From NCBI RefSeq assembly GCF_000354175.2, contig NC_022359.1:1050001-1082000 (forward strand): a DNA stretch of 32,000 nucleotides. Direction: 5' to 3'. A program made the position numbers and the translations under genes. The DNA is from Vibrio alginolyticus NBRC 15630 = ATCC 17749. Its GTDB lineage: Bacteria; Pseudomonadota; Gammaproteobacteria; Enterobacterales; Vibrionaceae. Positions 9,925-18,599 of this stretch are shown in pieces. Below the pieces are notes generated by a model. It worked only from the letters and a program-made list of their open reading frames with translations, made no database searches and had not been told where the DNA came from. How positions within the stretch are numbered: position 1 is the stretch's first letter; each line of letters starts with the position of its first letter.

Positions 9925-10311
9925 TTAGGTGACTTTTTCGCCTTTCATGGATCTCAGTGTGTTTTGGCATCGCAACTGCGCAGCATTTAACTCCATCATT
10001 ACCGCTTGAATGTCGTTTGCTTGCTGTTGCAATGCTGCCTTCTTCTCTTCGATCAACCGAATCATATAGTTCAACTGCTCAGTACTTTGATCGGTATCGT
10101 AGAGTTCAAATAACTCTTTGATATCTGCAAGAGAAAAGCCCAATCGCTTACCTCGCAAAATCAGTTTTAGTCGAATTCGATCACGACCATTGTAGATTCG
10201 AGTGTTGCCTTTACGTTCTGGAGTTAGGAGACCTAAATCTTCGTAGAAGCGAATGCTTCGAGTAGTAATGTCGAACTCTTTCGCGAGCTCGCTGATCTTA
10301 AATGTGTTCAT
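9925..10311 (-). CDS. liuR: MerR-family transcriptional regulator of branched-chain acyl-CoA catabolism
   Basis: 128 aa with an N-terminal MerR wHTH (FKISELAKEFDITTRSIRFYEDLGLL) and a C-terminal coiled coil. It leads the liu operon and is divergent from the ivd-type operon. Confidence 0.85.
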   Translation of the reverse strand: MNTFKISELAKEFDITTRSIRFYEDLGLLTPERKGNTRIYNGRDRIRLKLILRGKRLGFSLADIKELFELYDTDQSTEQLNYMIRLIEEKKAALQQQANDIQAVMMELNAAQLRCQNTLRSMKGEKVT

Positions 10312-10347
10312 TCCTTAACCTTACGACTTTCGTATAACATTTACATG

Positions 10348-10376
10348 AATATACAATTCGTTAACGTTAAAGTAAA
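10348..10376 (-). promoter_or_regulatory. Candidate liuR-operon promoter with an ACGT-core palindrome in the spacer
   Basis: Minus strand reads TTTACT (10376-10371), a 17-nt spacer, then TATATT (10353-10348). The spacer contains AATTCGTTAACGTTAA (10355-10370), a TCGT-TA-ACGT palindrome related to the two boxes at 10461 and 10490. Confidence 0.45.
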
Positions 10377-10460
10377 CAAACAACATCCACTCTTGAGCCT
10401 TGATATCACTCGCATTTACTCGAAATCAAAGAATCACTCGAACAAACAATAACCTCAAAC

Positions 10461-10488
10461 TTGACGTTAACGTAAATGTTAGTATAGT
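10461..10488 (+). promoter_or_regulatory. Candidate promoter of the thiolase-mmsA operon overlapped by a LiuR-type box
   Basis: TTGACG (10461-10466), a 16-nt spacer, then TATAGT (10483-10488). The palindrome TTGACGTTAACGTAAA (10461-10476, ACGT-TA-ACGT) overlaps the -35 element and spacer. Confidence 0.5.
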
Positions 10489-10489
10489 T

Positions 10490-10505
10490 ATGACGTAAAC
10501 GTCAA
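10490..10505 (+). promoter_or_regulatory. Second LiuR-type box between the -10 element and the RBS
   Basis: ATGACGTAAACGTCAA contains the inverted repeat TGACGT-AA-ACGTCA. Its centre lies 29 bp from the centre of the first box. Confidence 0.5.
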
Positions 10506-10520
10506 CAAAAGGTTAATGGA

Positions 10521-11699
10521 ATGAAAAATGAAACATGGATTGTTGCCGCTAAGCGAACGCCTATCGGCTCTTTTCAAGGTGCATTAGCTTCAACAGATGT
10601 CACGGAACTCGGTGCGAAAGCCATTCAAGGGGCGCTAGCCGAAAGCCAACTCGATGTGCACAAAATAGACGAAGTGTTGATGGGGTGCGTTTTACCCGCT
10701 GGTGTGGGGCAAGCGCCTGCAAGACAAGCAAGCCTTAAAGCTGAAATGCCACAATCGATTGGTTGTACGACACTGAACAAAGTTTGTGGATCGGGTATGA
10801 AAACCGTGATGCTGGCATATAACCTTATTCAATCTGGTAATGCGCATGCTGTCATCGCTGGTGGCATGGAAAACATGTCGTCTTCTCCTTATCTATTAAA
10901 GAAAGCGCGTGATGGTTTCCGTTTAGGTCACGAGCAAGTGCTTGATCATATGTTTTATGACGGTTTGCAGGATGCCTACCAAGGCGAGCTGATGGGTGTC
11001 TTTGCAGAACAGACGGCGCAAAAGTATCAGTTCAGCCGTGAAAGTATGGATGCCTGGGCGCAGCAGTCGGTGACTCGTGCGCAGCAAGCAATCGAACAAG
11101 GTTTGTTCAAAGAAGAGATCGTGCCCGTTAACGTAAAAAGTCGACGCGGCGAAACCTTGGTTGTAGATGATGAGCAACCGAGCAAACTCGACGTCACTAA
11201 AATTCCTACCTTACGCCCTGCGTTTGCCAAAGATGGCGGGGTAACCGCAGCAAACTCTAGTTCCATTTCGGATGGTGCGTCGGCAATGATCTTAGTCGAT
11301 AGTGAGTTTGGTCGTCAGGAAAACCTTCAGCCTCTAGCCAAAATTGTCGCGTACAGCACGCATGCAAGACAGCCTGATGAGTTCACCATCGCACCAGTCT
11401 TCGCGATTGAATCGCTGCTGGAAAAAACGGGCTGGGACAAATCAGACGTGGACCTTTGGGAAATCAATGAAGCTTTTGCTGTCGTGACTCAATACGCGGT
11501 GAAAGCTCTCGAACTGGACGAGAGCAAAGTGAACCCTCGCGGAGGGGCTTGTGCGCTGGGGCATCCAATAGGCGCAAGTGGCAATCGAATCCTTGTCACT
11601 TTGATTCATGCGCTAAAACAAACTGGTGGTAAGCGTGGCGTTGCATCGCTTTGTATTGGCGGCGGCGAAGCTACCGCTATCGCGATTGAAATCTGCTAA
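10521..11699 (+). CDS. Acetyl-CoA C-acetyltransferase / 2-methylacetoacetyl-CoA thiolase (thiolase II; ivdA-type)
   Basis: 392 aa thiolase with the active-site Cys context LNKVCGSGMK and C-terminal SLCIGGGEATAIAIE. Confidence 0.9.
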   Translation: MKNETWIVAAKRTPIGSFQGALASTDVTELGAKAIQGALAESQLDVHKIDEVLMGCVLPAGVGQAPARQASLKAEMPQSIGCTTLNKVCGSGMKTVMLAYNLIQSGNAHAVIAGGMENMSSSPYLLKKARDGFRLGHEQVLDHMFYDGLQDAYQGELMGVFAEQTAQKYQFSRESMDAWAQQSVTRAQQAIEQGLFKEEIVPVNVKSRRGETLVVDDEQPSKLDVTKIPTLRPAFAKDGGVTAANSSSISDGASAMILVDSEFGRQENLQPLAKIVAYSTHARQPDEFTIAPVFAIESLLEKTGWDKSDVDLWEINEAFAVVTQYAVKALELDESKVNPRGGACALGHPIGASGNRILVTLIHALKQTGGKRGVASLCIGGGEATAIAIEIC

Positions 11700-11769
11700 A
11701 TCACTCTCAACAAAGTTTCACTTACATAACAGTAGTCAGTAACAAGCTGAAAAATACAAGGATGTCATC

Positions 11770-13263
11770 ATGACAGAACAAGTAAAGCAGTATATCGGTG
11801 GTGAATTTGCCATCTCCGATTCAAAACAATGGCTAGATGTAACCAACCCGGCAACCAACGAAGTGATTGCACAAGTACCTTGTGCCACGGAATCGGAAAT
11901 GAATGCGGCGATTGCCAGCGCAACAGAAACGTTCAAACGCTGGAAAGAAGTTGCAGCGCCGGAGCGTGCTAGATTGATGTTGCGTTACCAACATTTGCTA
12001 AAAGAGCAACACGATGAGTTGGCGATACTGCTTTCAAGTGAGACAGGCAAAACCCTCGCGGATGCAAAGGGTGACATTTGGCGCGGAATTGAAGTGGTAG
12101 AGCAAGCTGCAAACATTTGTAGCTCAATGATGGGCGAAACGGTGGAAAACGTCGCGACCAATATTGATGGTTACTCTTACATTCAACCGCTCGGTGTTTG
12201 TGCTGGCATCACACCGTTTAACTTCCCTGCGATGATCCCATTGTGGATGTTCCCGATGGCGATCGCTTGTGGCAACACCTTTATTTTGAAGCCGTCAGAG
12301 CAAGTGCCACTAACGGCAATGAAACTGGCGGAGCTGTTTGAACAAGCTGGCGCACCAAAAGGCGTATTGCAAGTTGTTCACGGTACCAAAGAGCAAGTCG
12401 ACCGCATTCTGACTGATCCAGTTGTTCGTGCGATCTCTTTTGTTGGCTCTGTGCCCGTTGGTGAGTACATCTACAAAACAGGTACAGACAACCTGAAACG
12501 CGTGCAGTCATTTGCAGGTGCTAAGAACCACATGGTCATCATGCCGGATGGAAACAAACAGCAAGTCATCAATAACCTAGTTGGCGCGTCAGTTGGTGCT
12601 GCAGGCCAACGCTGTATGGCGATTTCGGTTGCCGTATTTGTCGGCGAAACCAAAGAATGGATTCCAGAGCTTAAAGAGGCGTTAGCTCAGGTTCAGCCTG
12701 GCGCGTGGGATGATGAAACCGCCGGTTATGGTCCACTGATTAGCCCTCAAGCGAAGCAGCGAGTGGTGAATCTGATTAATGAAGGCAAAGCGTCAGGCGC
12801 GAATTGTGTTCTGGACGGGACAGACTGCCAAGTACCTGGCTTCCCGAACGGTAACTGGGTGGGGCCAACACTGTTTACCAACGTGACCACAGACATGTCG
12901 ATTTATCAGGAAGAAATTTTCGGGCCTGTACTGTTAACTATGGAAGTGGATGACCTAGATGAAGCGATTGAACTGGTAAATGCAAACCGCTTTGGTAATG
13001 GTACGTCTATTTTCACGGCGAACGGCGCTGCCGCGAGAAAGTATCAACACAATATCGAAGTAGGTAACGTAGGAATCAACGTACCGATTCCGGTGCCATT
13101 GCCGTTCTTTTCGTTTACTGGGTGGAAAGGCAGCTTCTACGGCGACCTGCATGCTTACGGTAAACAAGCGGTTCGCTTCTACACCGAGACGAAAACTGTC
13201 ACCGCGCGTTGGTTTGAAGATGACATTCCAAGCGGTCCAAACATGACTATTCAACTTAGCTAA
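11770..13263 (+). CDS. mmsA: Methylmalonate-semialdehyde dehydrogenase (CoA-acylating)
   Basis: 497 aa aldehyde dehydrogenase with the MMSDH-type catalytic context [11 protein letters not shown] and an FTGWK..F C-terminal region. Confidence 0.9.
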   Translation: MTEQVKQYIGGEFAISDSKQWLDVTNPATNEVIAQVPCATESEMNAAIASATETFKRWKEVAAPERARLMLRYQHLLKEQHDELAILLSSETGKTLADAKGDIWRGIEVVEQAANICSSMMGETVENVATNIDGYSYIQPLGVCAGITPFNFPAMIPLWMFPMAIACGNTFILKPSEQVPLTAMKLAELFEQAGAPKGVLQVVHGTKEQVDRILTDPVVRAISFVGSVPVGEYIYKTGTDNLKRVQSFAGAKNHMVIMPDGNKQQVINNLVGASVGAAGQRCMAISVAVFVGETKEWIPELKEALAQVQPGAWDDETAGYGPLISPQAKQRVVNLINEGKASGANCVLDGTDCQVPGFPNGNWVGPTLFTNVTTDMSIYQEEIFGPVLLTMEVDDLDEAIELVNANRFGNGTSIFTANGAAARKYQHNIEVGNVGINVPIPVPLPFFSFTGWKGSFYGDLHAYGKQAVRFYTETKTVTARWFEDDIPSGPNMTIQLS

Positions 13264-13285
13264 TTACTGGATTAGCGACACCTCT

Positions 13286-13319
13286 AGCCAAGCCCTTCAT
13301 CCTTTTAGAGGGCTTGGCT
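13286..13319 (+). other. Intercistronic perfect 11-bp stem-loop (mmsA to acyl-CoA dehydrogenase spacer)
   Basis: AGCCAAGCCCT (13286-13296) pairs perfectly with AGGGCTTGGCT (13309-13319), with a 12-nt loop and no downstream U-tract. Confidence 0.6.
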
Positions 13320-13358
13320 CGGATACAAATGCAACGAATTAGACCTTAGGACTTCAAG

Positions 13359-14513
13359 ATGGATTTTGAATTAAACGAAGATCAACTCGCGTTTGCCGAA
13401 GTAGCAAAGCAGTTTGCAGACCAAATGTTAGCGCCGCACGCGGCCGAGTGGGATGAAAACCATCACTTCCCTAAAGATGTACTGCGTCAGGCGGGTGAGC
13501 TGGGCTTTTTGAGTATCTACACGCCACCAGAGCACGGTGGCTTGGGGTTATCTCGTTTGGATGCGGCGATCATTTTCGAGCAGTTGGCTATGGGTTGTAC
13601 CGCGACTACTGCGTTTATGACCATTCACAACATGGCGACGTGGATGATCACCAGCTTTGCCAAAGCCGAAGTGGCGCAGCAGTTTAGCGCGGATCTAATT
13701 TCGGGTGAAAAGCTCGCTTCCTACTGTTTAACCGAACCTAATGCCGGCTCTGACGCCGCTTCTCTAACGACTAGCGCAGTGCGTGATGGTGATGAGTTTG
13801 TCCTCAATGGCGCAAAAGTGTTTATCTCGGGTGCGGGTGATACAGATGTTCTCGTCGTGATGGCGCGTTCCTGTGGTGAAGGAGCGAGTGGCGTTTCTGC
13901 ATTCGTTGTTCCTGCTGATTGCGAAGGCATTAGCTACGGTAAAAAAGAAGCCAAAATGGGTTGGAACTGCCAGCCAACTCGCATGATTACCTTCGAAAAT
14001 GTCCGCATTCCGGCTGACTATCTGTTGGGTGAAGAGGGAGAAGGCTTTAAGTTCGCCATGCTTGGTCTGGATGGCGGCCGAATCAATATCGCCACTTGTT
14101 CCGTCGGTACTGCGCAACAAGCACTGAACGAAGCCAAACAATACATGACCGAACGCAAACAGTTCGGCCGTTCACTGGCGCAATTTCAAGCGTTGCAGTT
14201 CAAGCTTGCTGATATGGCGACTGAGCTGGTCGCTGCGCGTCAAATGGTGCGACTCGCTGCCGCTAAACTCGATGCCCAGCACGCAGAAAAAAGTGCGTAC
14301 TGTGCCATGGCAAAACGCTTTGCTACTGATGTGGGCTTTAAAGTCTGCGATCAGGCGCTGCAAATTCACGGTGGCTATGGCTACATAAAAGAATATCCAG
14401 TCGAGCGCCATTTCCGAGACGTTCGTGTTCACCAAATTCTTGAAGGTACCAACGAAATCATGCGTCTGATCGTCGCAAGACGATTACTAACGGAAGGCGT
14501 TGAGCTGCTTTAG
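13359..14513 (+). CDS. Short/branched-chain acyl-CoA dehydrogenase (isobutyryl-/2-methylbutyryl-CoA; ivdC-type)
   Basis: 384 aa acyl-CoA dehydrogenase (LTEPNAGSDA, QIHGGYGYIKEYPVERHFRDVRVHQILEGTNEIMR). Substrate is inferred only from operon context. Confidence 0.85.
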   Translation: MDFELNEDQLAFAEVAKQFADQMLAPHAAEWDENHHFPKDVLRQAGELGFLSIYTPPEHGGLGLSRLDAAIIFEQLAMGCTATTAFMTIHNMATWMITSFAKAEVAQQFSADLISGEKLASYCLTEPNAGSDAASLTTSAVRDGDEFVLNGAKVFISGAGDTDVLVVMARSCGEGASGVSAFVVPADCEGISYGKKEAKMGWNCQPTRMITFENVRIPADYLLGEEGEGFKFAMLGLDGGRINIATCSVGTAQQALNEAKQYMTERKQFGRSLAQFQALQFKLADMATELVAARQMVRLAAAKLDAQHAEKSAYCAMAKRFATDVGFKVCDQALQIHGGYGYIKEYPVERHFRDVRVHQILEGTNEIMRLIVARRLLTEGVELL

Positions 14514-14562
14514 TCAGCGAGACACAGCCTTACCTAAAGAAATTAAAAAGGACTGAAAGATT

Positions 14563-15339
14563 ATGACGGCACAAATCAAATTAGAGCGCGAAGCGCATAT
14601 TGCCAAGCTCACGATTAGTAATCCGCCAGCGAACACTTGGACACTTGAGTCTTTGAATCAGCTAAAAGAGTTGGCGATTGAACTTAGCAATGATCGCTCT
14701 ATTTATGCGTTGGTTTTAACAGGCGAAGGCGAGAAGTTCTTCTCTGCTGGAGCAGATCTTAATAACTTTGCATCGGGTGATAAATCACAAGCAGCAGACA
14801 TGGCGTTCGCATTTGGTGAAGCGTTTGAAGCGCTTTCTGCATTCGATGGGGTTTCTATCGCAGCGATTAATGGCTATGCGATGGGCGGCGGTCTGGAAGT
14901 GGCGATGGCGTGTGACATTCGTATCGCAGAAGAACAAGTACAAATGGCACTTCCTGAAGCATCGGTAGGTTTGTTGCCGTGTGCGGGTGGGACACAAAAC
15001 CTGACCGCGTTGGTAGGTGAAGGCTGGGCGAAGCGTATGATTCTATGTGGCGAACGAGTGACGGCCGAGCGAGCGGAAAAAATTGGTTTAGTCGAAGAGG
15101 TGGTGGCGAAAGGTCAAGCACTCGAAGCGGCTATGGAACTAGCGCAGCGTGTTGCGGGCCAATCACCGAAATCCATTTCTGCGTGCAAAACGCTCATTCA
15201 AGGTCGACGCAGCCAAACTCACGCAGCTGGATTGGTTTTAGAGCGTGAACTGTTTTTACAGCTGTTCAATACACACGATCAGACTGAGGGTGTGAATGCG
15301 TTCTTGCAAAAGCGCAAGCCACAATGGACAAACAGCTAG
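14563..15339 (+). CDS. Enoyl-CoA hydratase (crotonase; methacrylyl-/tiglyl-CoA hydratase by context)
   Basis: 258 aa crotonase fold (FFSAGADLN, NGYAMGGGLEVAMACDIRIA). Confidence 0.85.
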   Translation: MTAQIKLEREAHIAKLTISNPPANTWTLESLNQLKELAIELSNDRSIYALVLTGEGEKFFSAGADLNNFASGDKSQAADMAFAFGEAFEALSAFDGVSIAAINGYAMGGGLEVAMACDIRIAEEQVQMALPEASVGLLPCAGGTQNLTALVGEGWAKRMILCGERVTAERAEKIGLVEEVVAKGQALEAAMELAQRVAGQSPKSISACKTLIQGRRSQTHAAGLVLERELFLQLFNTHDQTEGVNAFLQKRKPQWTNS

Positions 15340-15349
15340 CGGAGGCCAA

Positions 15350-16480
15350 ATGACAGGTACAGTAAATGTTTCAAAACTTAAGTGCGCTGATGGCTCTATT
15401 ATTGGTGTGCTAGAGCTTGATAATCCAGCTGCTCTCAACGCGTTGAGTTACGTGATGATTGAGAAGTTGTACAAACAGCTTAGTGAATGGCAAACGGACG
15501 ACAGCGTCGTCGCGGTATTCTTGCATGCTCAAGGTGAAAAAGCGTTTTGTGCTGGCGGAGATATTCAAGCGATCTATCGTGCACTTGAAAACAAAGAGCA
15601 AGATTTTGATTCTGCGTTTTCAGCGATGGAAACCTTCTTTGACCTCGAATATCGCTGTGATCATCTTATTCATACTTATCCAAAACCGATCATCGCGTGG
15701 GGACATGGTTATTTGATGGGCGGGGGAGTTGGCCTGTTTATGGGTGCCAGCCATCGCGTAGCAGATACCACCACACGCTTTGCAATGCCAGAGATTAAAA
15801 TTGGCCTTTACCCAGATGTAGGCGCGACGTACTTCCTAAACCAGTTGCCAAAACATTTGGCACTTTTCCTGAGTTTGACAGCTTGCCAAATTAACGCAAC
15901 AGATATGAAAGCGTTGGGGTTAAGCCAATGGATTGCACAGCCAGAAAACAAGCAAGTGCTGCTGGATCTGCTTGCATCGGTAAGTTGGAAAGGTGAAGCG
16001 AACATCAACGAAAAAATCGCCACTACGCTGCGTTCGGTACACGTGGACGAGCCAACCGAAGGGATGTTGATGCCCTATGCGGAATTGATTGAGCAGTTAT
16101 GTTCGGGTGACTTAGCGTCAATTGTTGATGCAATCAGCCGTGCTAACGTTGATAGCAAGTGGTTCGTCAATGCGCAAAAAGCACTGAACTATGGCAGTCC
16201 GTTGTCGCTCAGTATCACTTATCAGCAGTTAACGCAGTATCAAAACCTCTCTTTGAAAGCGTGTTTTGATATGGAATTTAACCTAACACTACGTTGTGGC
16301 TTAGAAGGTGATTTTAGAGAAGGGGTTCGTGCGCTGATTATTGATAAAACCAATCAACCGACTTGGCAACATCGCACGGTTTCTGACGTAACGCCACAAG
16401 TTTTGGAGCGCTTCTTCTCGCCAATTGACTCAGCAGAATACCCACTGACCGCATCGTCGGTAGCTATAGCGGCACTTTAG
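15350..16480 (+). CDS. 3-Hydroxyisobutyryl-CoA hydrolase (crotonase superfamily)
   Basis: Long crotonase-type protein (FCAGGDI, WGHGYLMGGGVGLFMGASHRVA, FAMPEIKIGLYPDVGATYFL) typical of HIBCH. Start is moved from 15296 to ATG 15350, preceded by GGAGG (15341-15345). This removes the overlap with the upstream gene. Confidence 0.85.
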   Translation: MTGTVNVSKLKCADGSIIGVLELDNPAALNALSYVMIEKLYKQLSEWQTDDSVVAVFLHAQGEKAFCAGGDIQAIYRALENKEQDFDSAFSAMETFFDLEYRCDHLIHTYPKPIIAWGHGYLMGGGVGLFMGASHRVADTTTRFAMPEIKIGLYPDVGATYFLNQLPKHLALFLSLTACQINATDMKALGLSQWIAQPENKQVLLDLLASVSWKGEANINEKIATTLRSVHVDEPTEGMLMPYAELIEQLCSGDLASIVDAISRANVDSKWFVNAQKALNYGSPLSLSITYQQLTQYQNLSLKACFDMEFNLTLRCGLEGDFREGVRALIIDKTNQPTWQHRTVSDVTPQVLERFFSPIDSAEYPLTASSVAIAAL

Positions 16481-16499
16481 TACAAGGAAGAAATACGAT

Positions 16500-17396
16500 A
16501 TGGACAAAATTGCATTTATTGGCCTTGGTAACATGGGTGCGCCTATGGCTAAGAATCTACTCAAAGCGGGCTTGAATGTCGAAGTATTTGATTTGAACCC
16601 AAGCGCAGTTGAGGAGTTGACCGCATTGGGCGCTTCAAGTGCCGATTCCGTTCACCAGGCAGTACAAGGTGTGGAGGTGGTTGTCACTATGCTGCCAGCG
16701 AGCCAACACGTTCAAAGCGTTTATCTTGGTCAAGATGGCATCTTAGATAGCGTCGAATCAGGCACCTTGCTGATTGATTCATCCACCATCGATCCTACGA
16801 CTGCTCGTTTGGTTGGCGAAAAAGCATCGCAACTTGGTATCAGTTTTGTTGATGCACCAGTATCTGGTGGCGTTGCGGGCGCAGCAGCAGGTACGTTAAC
16901 TTTCATTGTTGGCGGCTCACAAGAGAACTTTGTTCAAGCCAAAGCGGTGCTTAGCCACATGGGTAAAAACATCTTCCATGCTGGTGATGCTGGAGCTGGT
17001 CAGGTGGCGAAGATCTGCAATAACATGATGTTGGGCATTTTGATGAGCGGCACCTGTGAAGCACTCAATTTAGGGATGGAAAACGGACTCGATCCCAAAG
17101 TGCTTTCCGACATCATGTTGCAAAGTTCAGGACGTAACTGGGCGCTAGAGCTTTATAACCCTTGTCCAGGTGTGATGGAAAATACGCCTGCAAGCAATGG
17201 TTATCAAGGCGGCTTTATGAGCCAGTTAATGGCTAAAGATCTGGGTCTTGCGATGGAAGCGGCAGTTGCCAGTCAAACATCGACGCCAATGGGCAGCTTG
17301 GCTCGTAACCTGTTTAATTTTCACAACGGTCAGGGCAACGGGCAAAAAGATTTCTCAAGCTTGTTTGAGTTCTACCAAAAGCAAAATCAGGCCTAA
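16500..17396 (+). CDS. mmsB: 3-Hydroxyisobutyrate dehydrogenase
   Basis: 298 aa with an N-terminal Rossmann motif IAFIGLGNMGAPMA and the internal motif DAPVSGGVAGAAAGTLTFIVGG typical of HIBADH. Confidence 0.9.
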   Translation: MDKIAFIGLGNMGAPMAKNLLKAGLNVEVFDLNPSAVEELTALGASSADSVHQAVQGVEVVVTMLPASQHVQSVYLGQDGILDSVESGTLLIDSSTIDPTTARLVGEKASQLGISFVDAPVSGGVAGAAAGTLTFIVGGSQENFVQAKAVLSHMGKNIFHAGDAGAGQVAKICNNMMLGILMSGTCEALNLGMENGLDPKVLSDIMLQSSGRNWALELYNPCPGVMENTPASNGYQGGFMSQLMAKDLGLAMEAAVASQTSTPMGSLARNLFNFHNGQGNGQKDFSSLFEFYQKQNQA

Positions 17397-17405
17397 GGAG
17401 TGCGT

Positions 17406-18164
17406 ATGGATCTAGCAAATAAGGTTATTGCGATCACGGGGGCTGGTCAGGGGCTGGGTAAACAAATGGCACTGTCACTGGCGGAACATGGCGTTCATCT
17501 TGCGCTTATCGACCTCAATTCAGAGCAACTGGCTGAAACGAAAGCGGAATGTGAATCTCTCGGCGTTACCGCTCGTTTTTATGTGACGAACGTGACTGAC
17601 GAACAGCAGGTATGCACTGCTTTTGAGCAAATTGAGGCAGATTTCAAGCAGCTCAATGGCGTTATCAATAACGCAGGTATTATGCGTGATGGTATGTTCA
17701 TTAAAGTCAAAGATGGTCAGGTTAACACGATGTCGCTGGAACAATTTCAGTCTGTTCTAGATGTGAATGTAACAGGCACTTTCCTGTGTGGCCGTGAAGC
17801 GAGCAAGGTAATGCTGAACACCGATAGCAAAGGGGTTCTGATCAACATATCCAGCGTTGCGCGTGCCGGGAATATTGGTCAAACCAACTATTCAGCATCT
17901 AAAGCGGCGGTAGCCACCATGGCAACGGTGTGGGCGAAAGAGTTAGGGCGTTTCGGAATTCGCTCAGTGGCGATTGCTCCGGGTGTCATCAAAACTGCCA
18001 TGACAGACCAAATAAAACCTGAAGCGATGGAACGTTTAATCGGAATGATTCCGGTTGGACGTTTAGGTTTGGCGGATGAAATTTCATCGACCATAAAATA
18101 CGTGTTAACCAACGAATTCGTGACCGGACGAGTGTTCGAAGTCGATGGCGGAATGCGAATGTAA
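17406..18164 (+). CDS. SDR-family 3-hydroxyacyl-CoA dehydrogenase (3-hydroxy-2-methylbutyryl-CoA dehydrogenase by context; ivdG-type)
   Basis: Classical SDR motifs TGAGQGLG, NNAG and YSASKAAV. ATG 17406 lies 5 nt after AAGGAG (17395-17400). The ORF-track GTG 17400 overlaps the RBS. Confidence 0.8.
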   Translation: MDLANKVIAITGAGQGLGKQMALSLAEHGVHLALIDLNSEQLAETKAECESLGVTARFYVTNVTDEQQVCTAFEQIEADFKQLNGVINNAGIMRDGMFIKVKDGQVNTMSLEQFQSVLDVNVTGTFLCGREASKVMLNTDSKGVLINISSVARAGNIGQTNYSASKAAVATMATVWAKELGRFGIRSVAIAPGVIKTAMTDQIKPEAMERLIGMIPVGRLGLADEISSTIKYVLTNEFVTGRVFEVDGGMRM

Positions 18165-18185
18165 CCCCCTCTGCAACATAAAAAA

Positions 18186-18213
18186 GGGGAGCGAGTTTGA
18201 TTGTCCGCTTCCT
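18186..18213 (+). terminator. Weak candidate terminator of the ivd-type operon
   Basis: GGGAGCG (18187-18193) pairs with CGCTTCC (18206-18212), with one G-U pair and a 12-nt loop. A pyrimidine/T-rich tract follows (CACTTTCTCCTTTCTTTTATT). Confidence 0.35.
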
Positions 18214-18599
18214 TCCACTTTCTCCTTTCTTTTATTGCTTCTATCTGAAAAATGTATTGGATGCATGGTCGACTGTTATCTCATCGAACGGTATAGAAAT
18301 TTATTCTATTTCTAATGTGAATGGTTAGTTCTATATTGCTTGTCATGTAAATGTATCAACTCACAACTAAGACGATCTTTTGTCTCACTAACGAGATCAT
18401 TATTCTTGGTGTGTAAAAAATACTCTCATTGGTTATATTGTGACCGAAAACTATTTCGGCATCTAAAGATGGTGATTTATTATTCAGCGCAAAATACATG
18501 GGAATATGAGGCTGACTGAATAACCTTCAGTTGTCTTAATAATAAATAATCAGAATTCTCAATTACACTGAAGTAACTACCCATTAGGGAAGAGCAATA

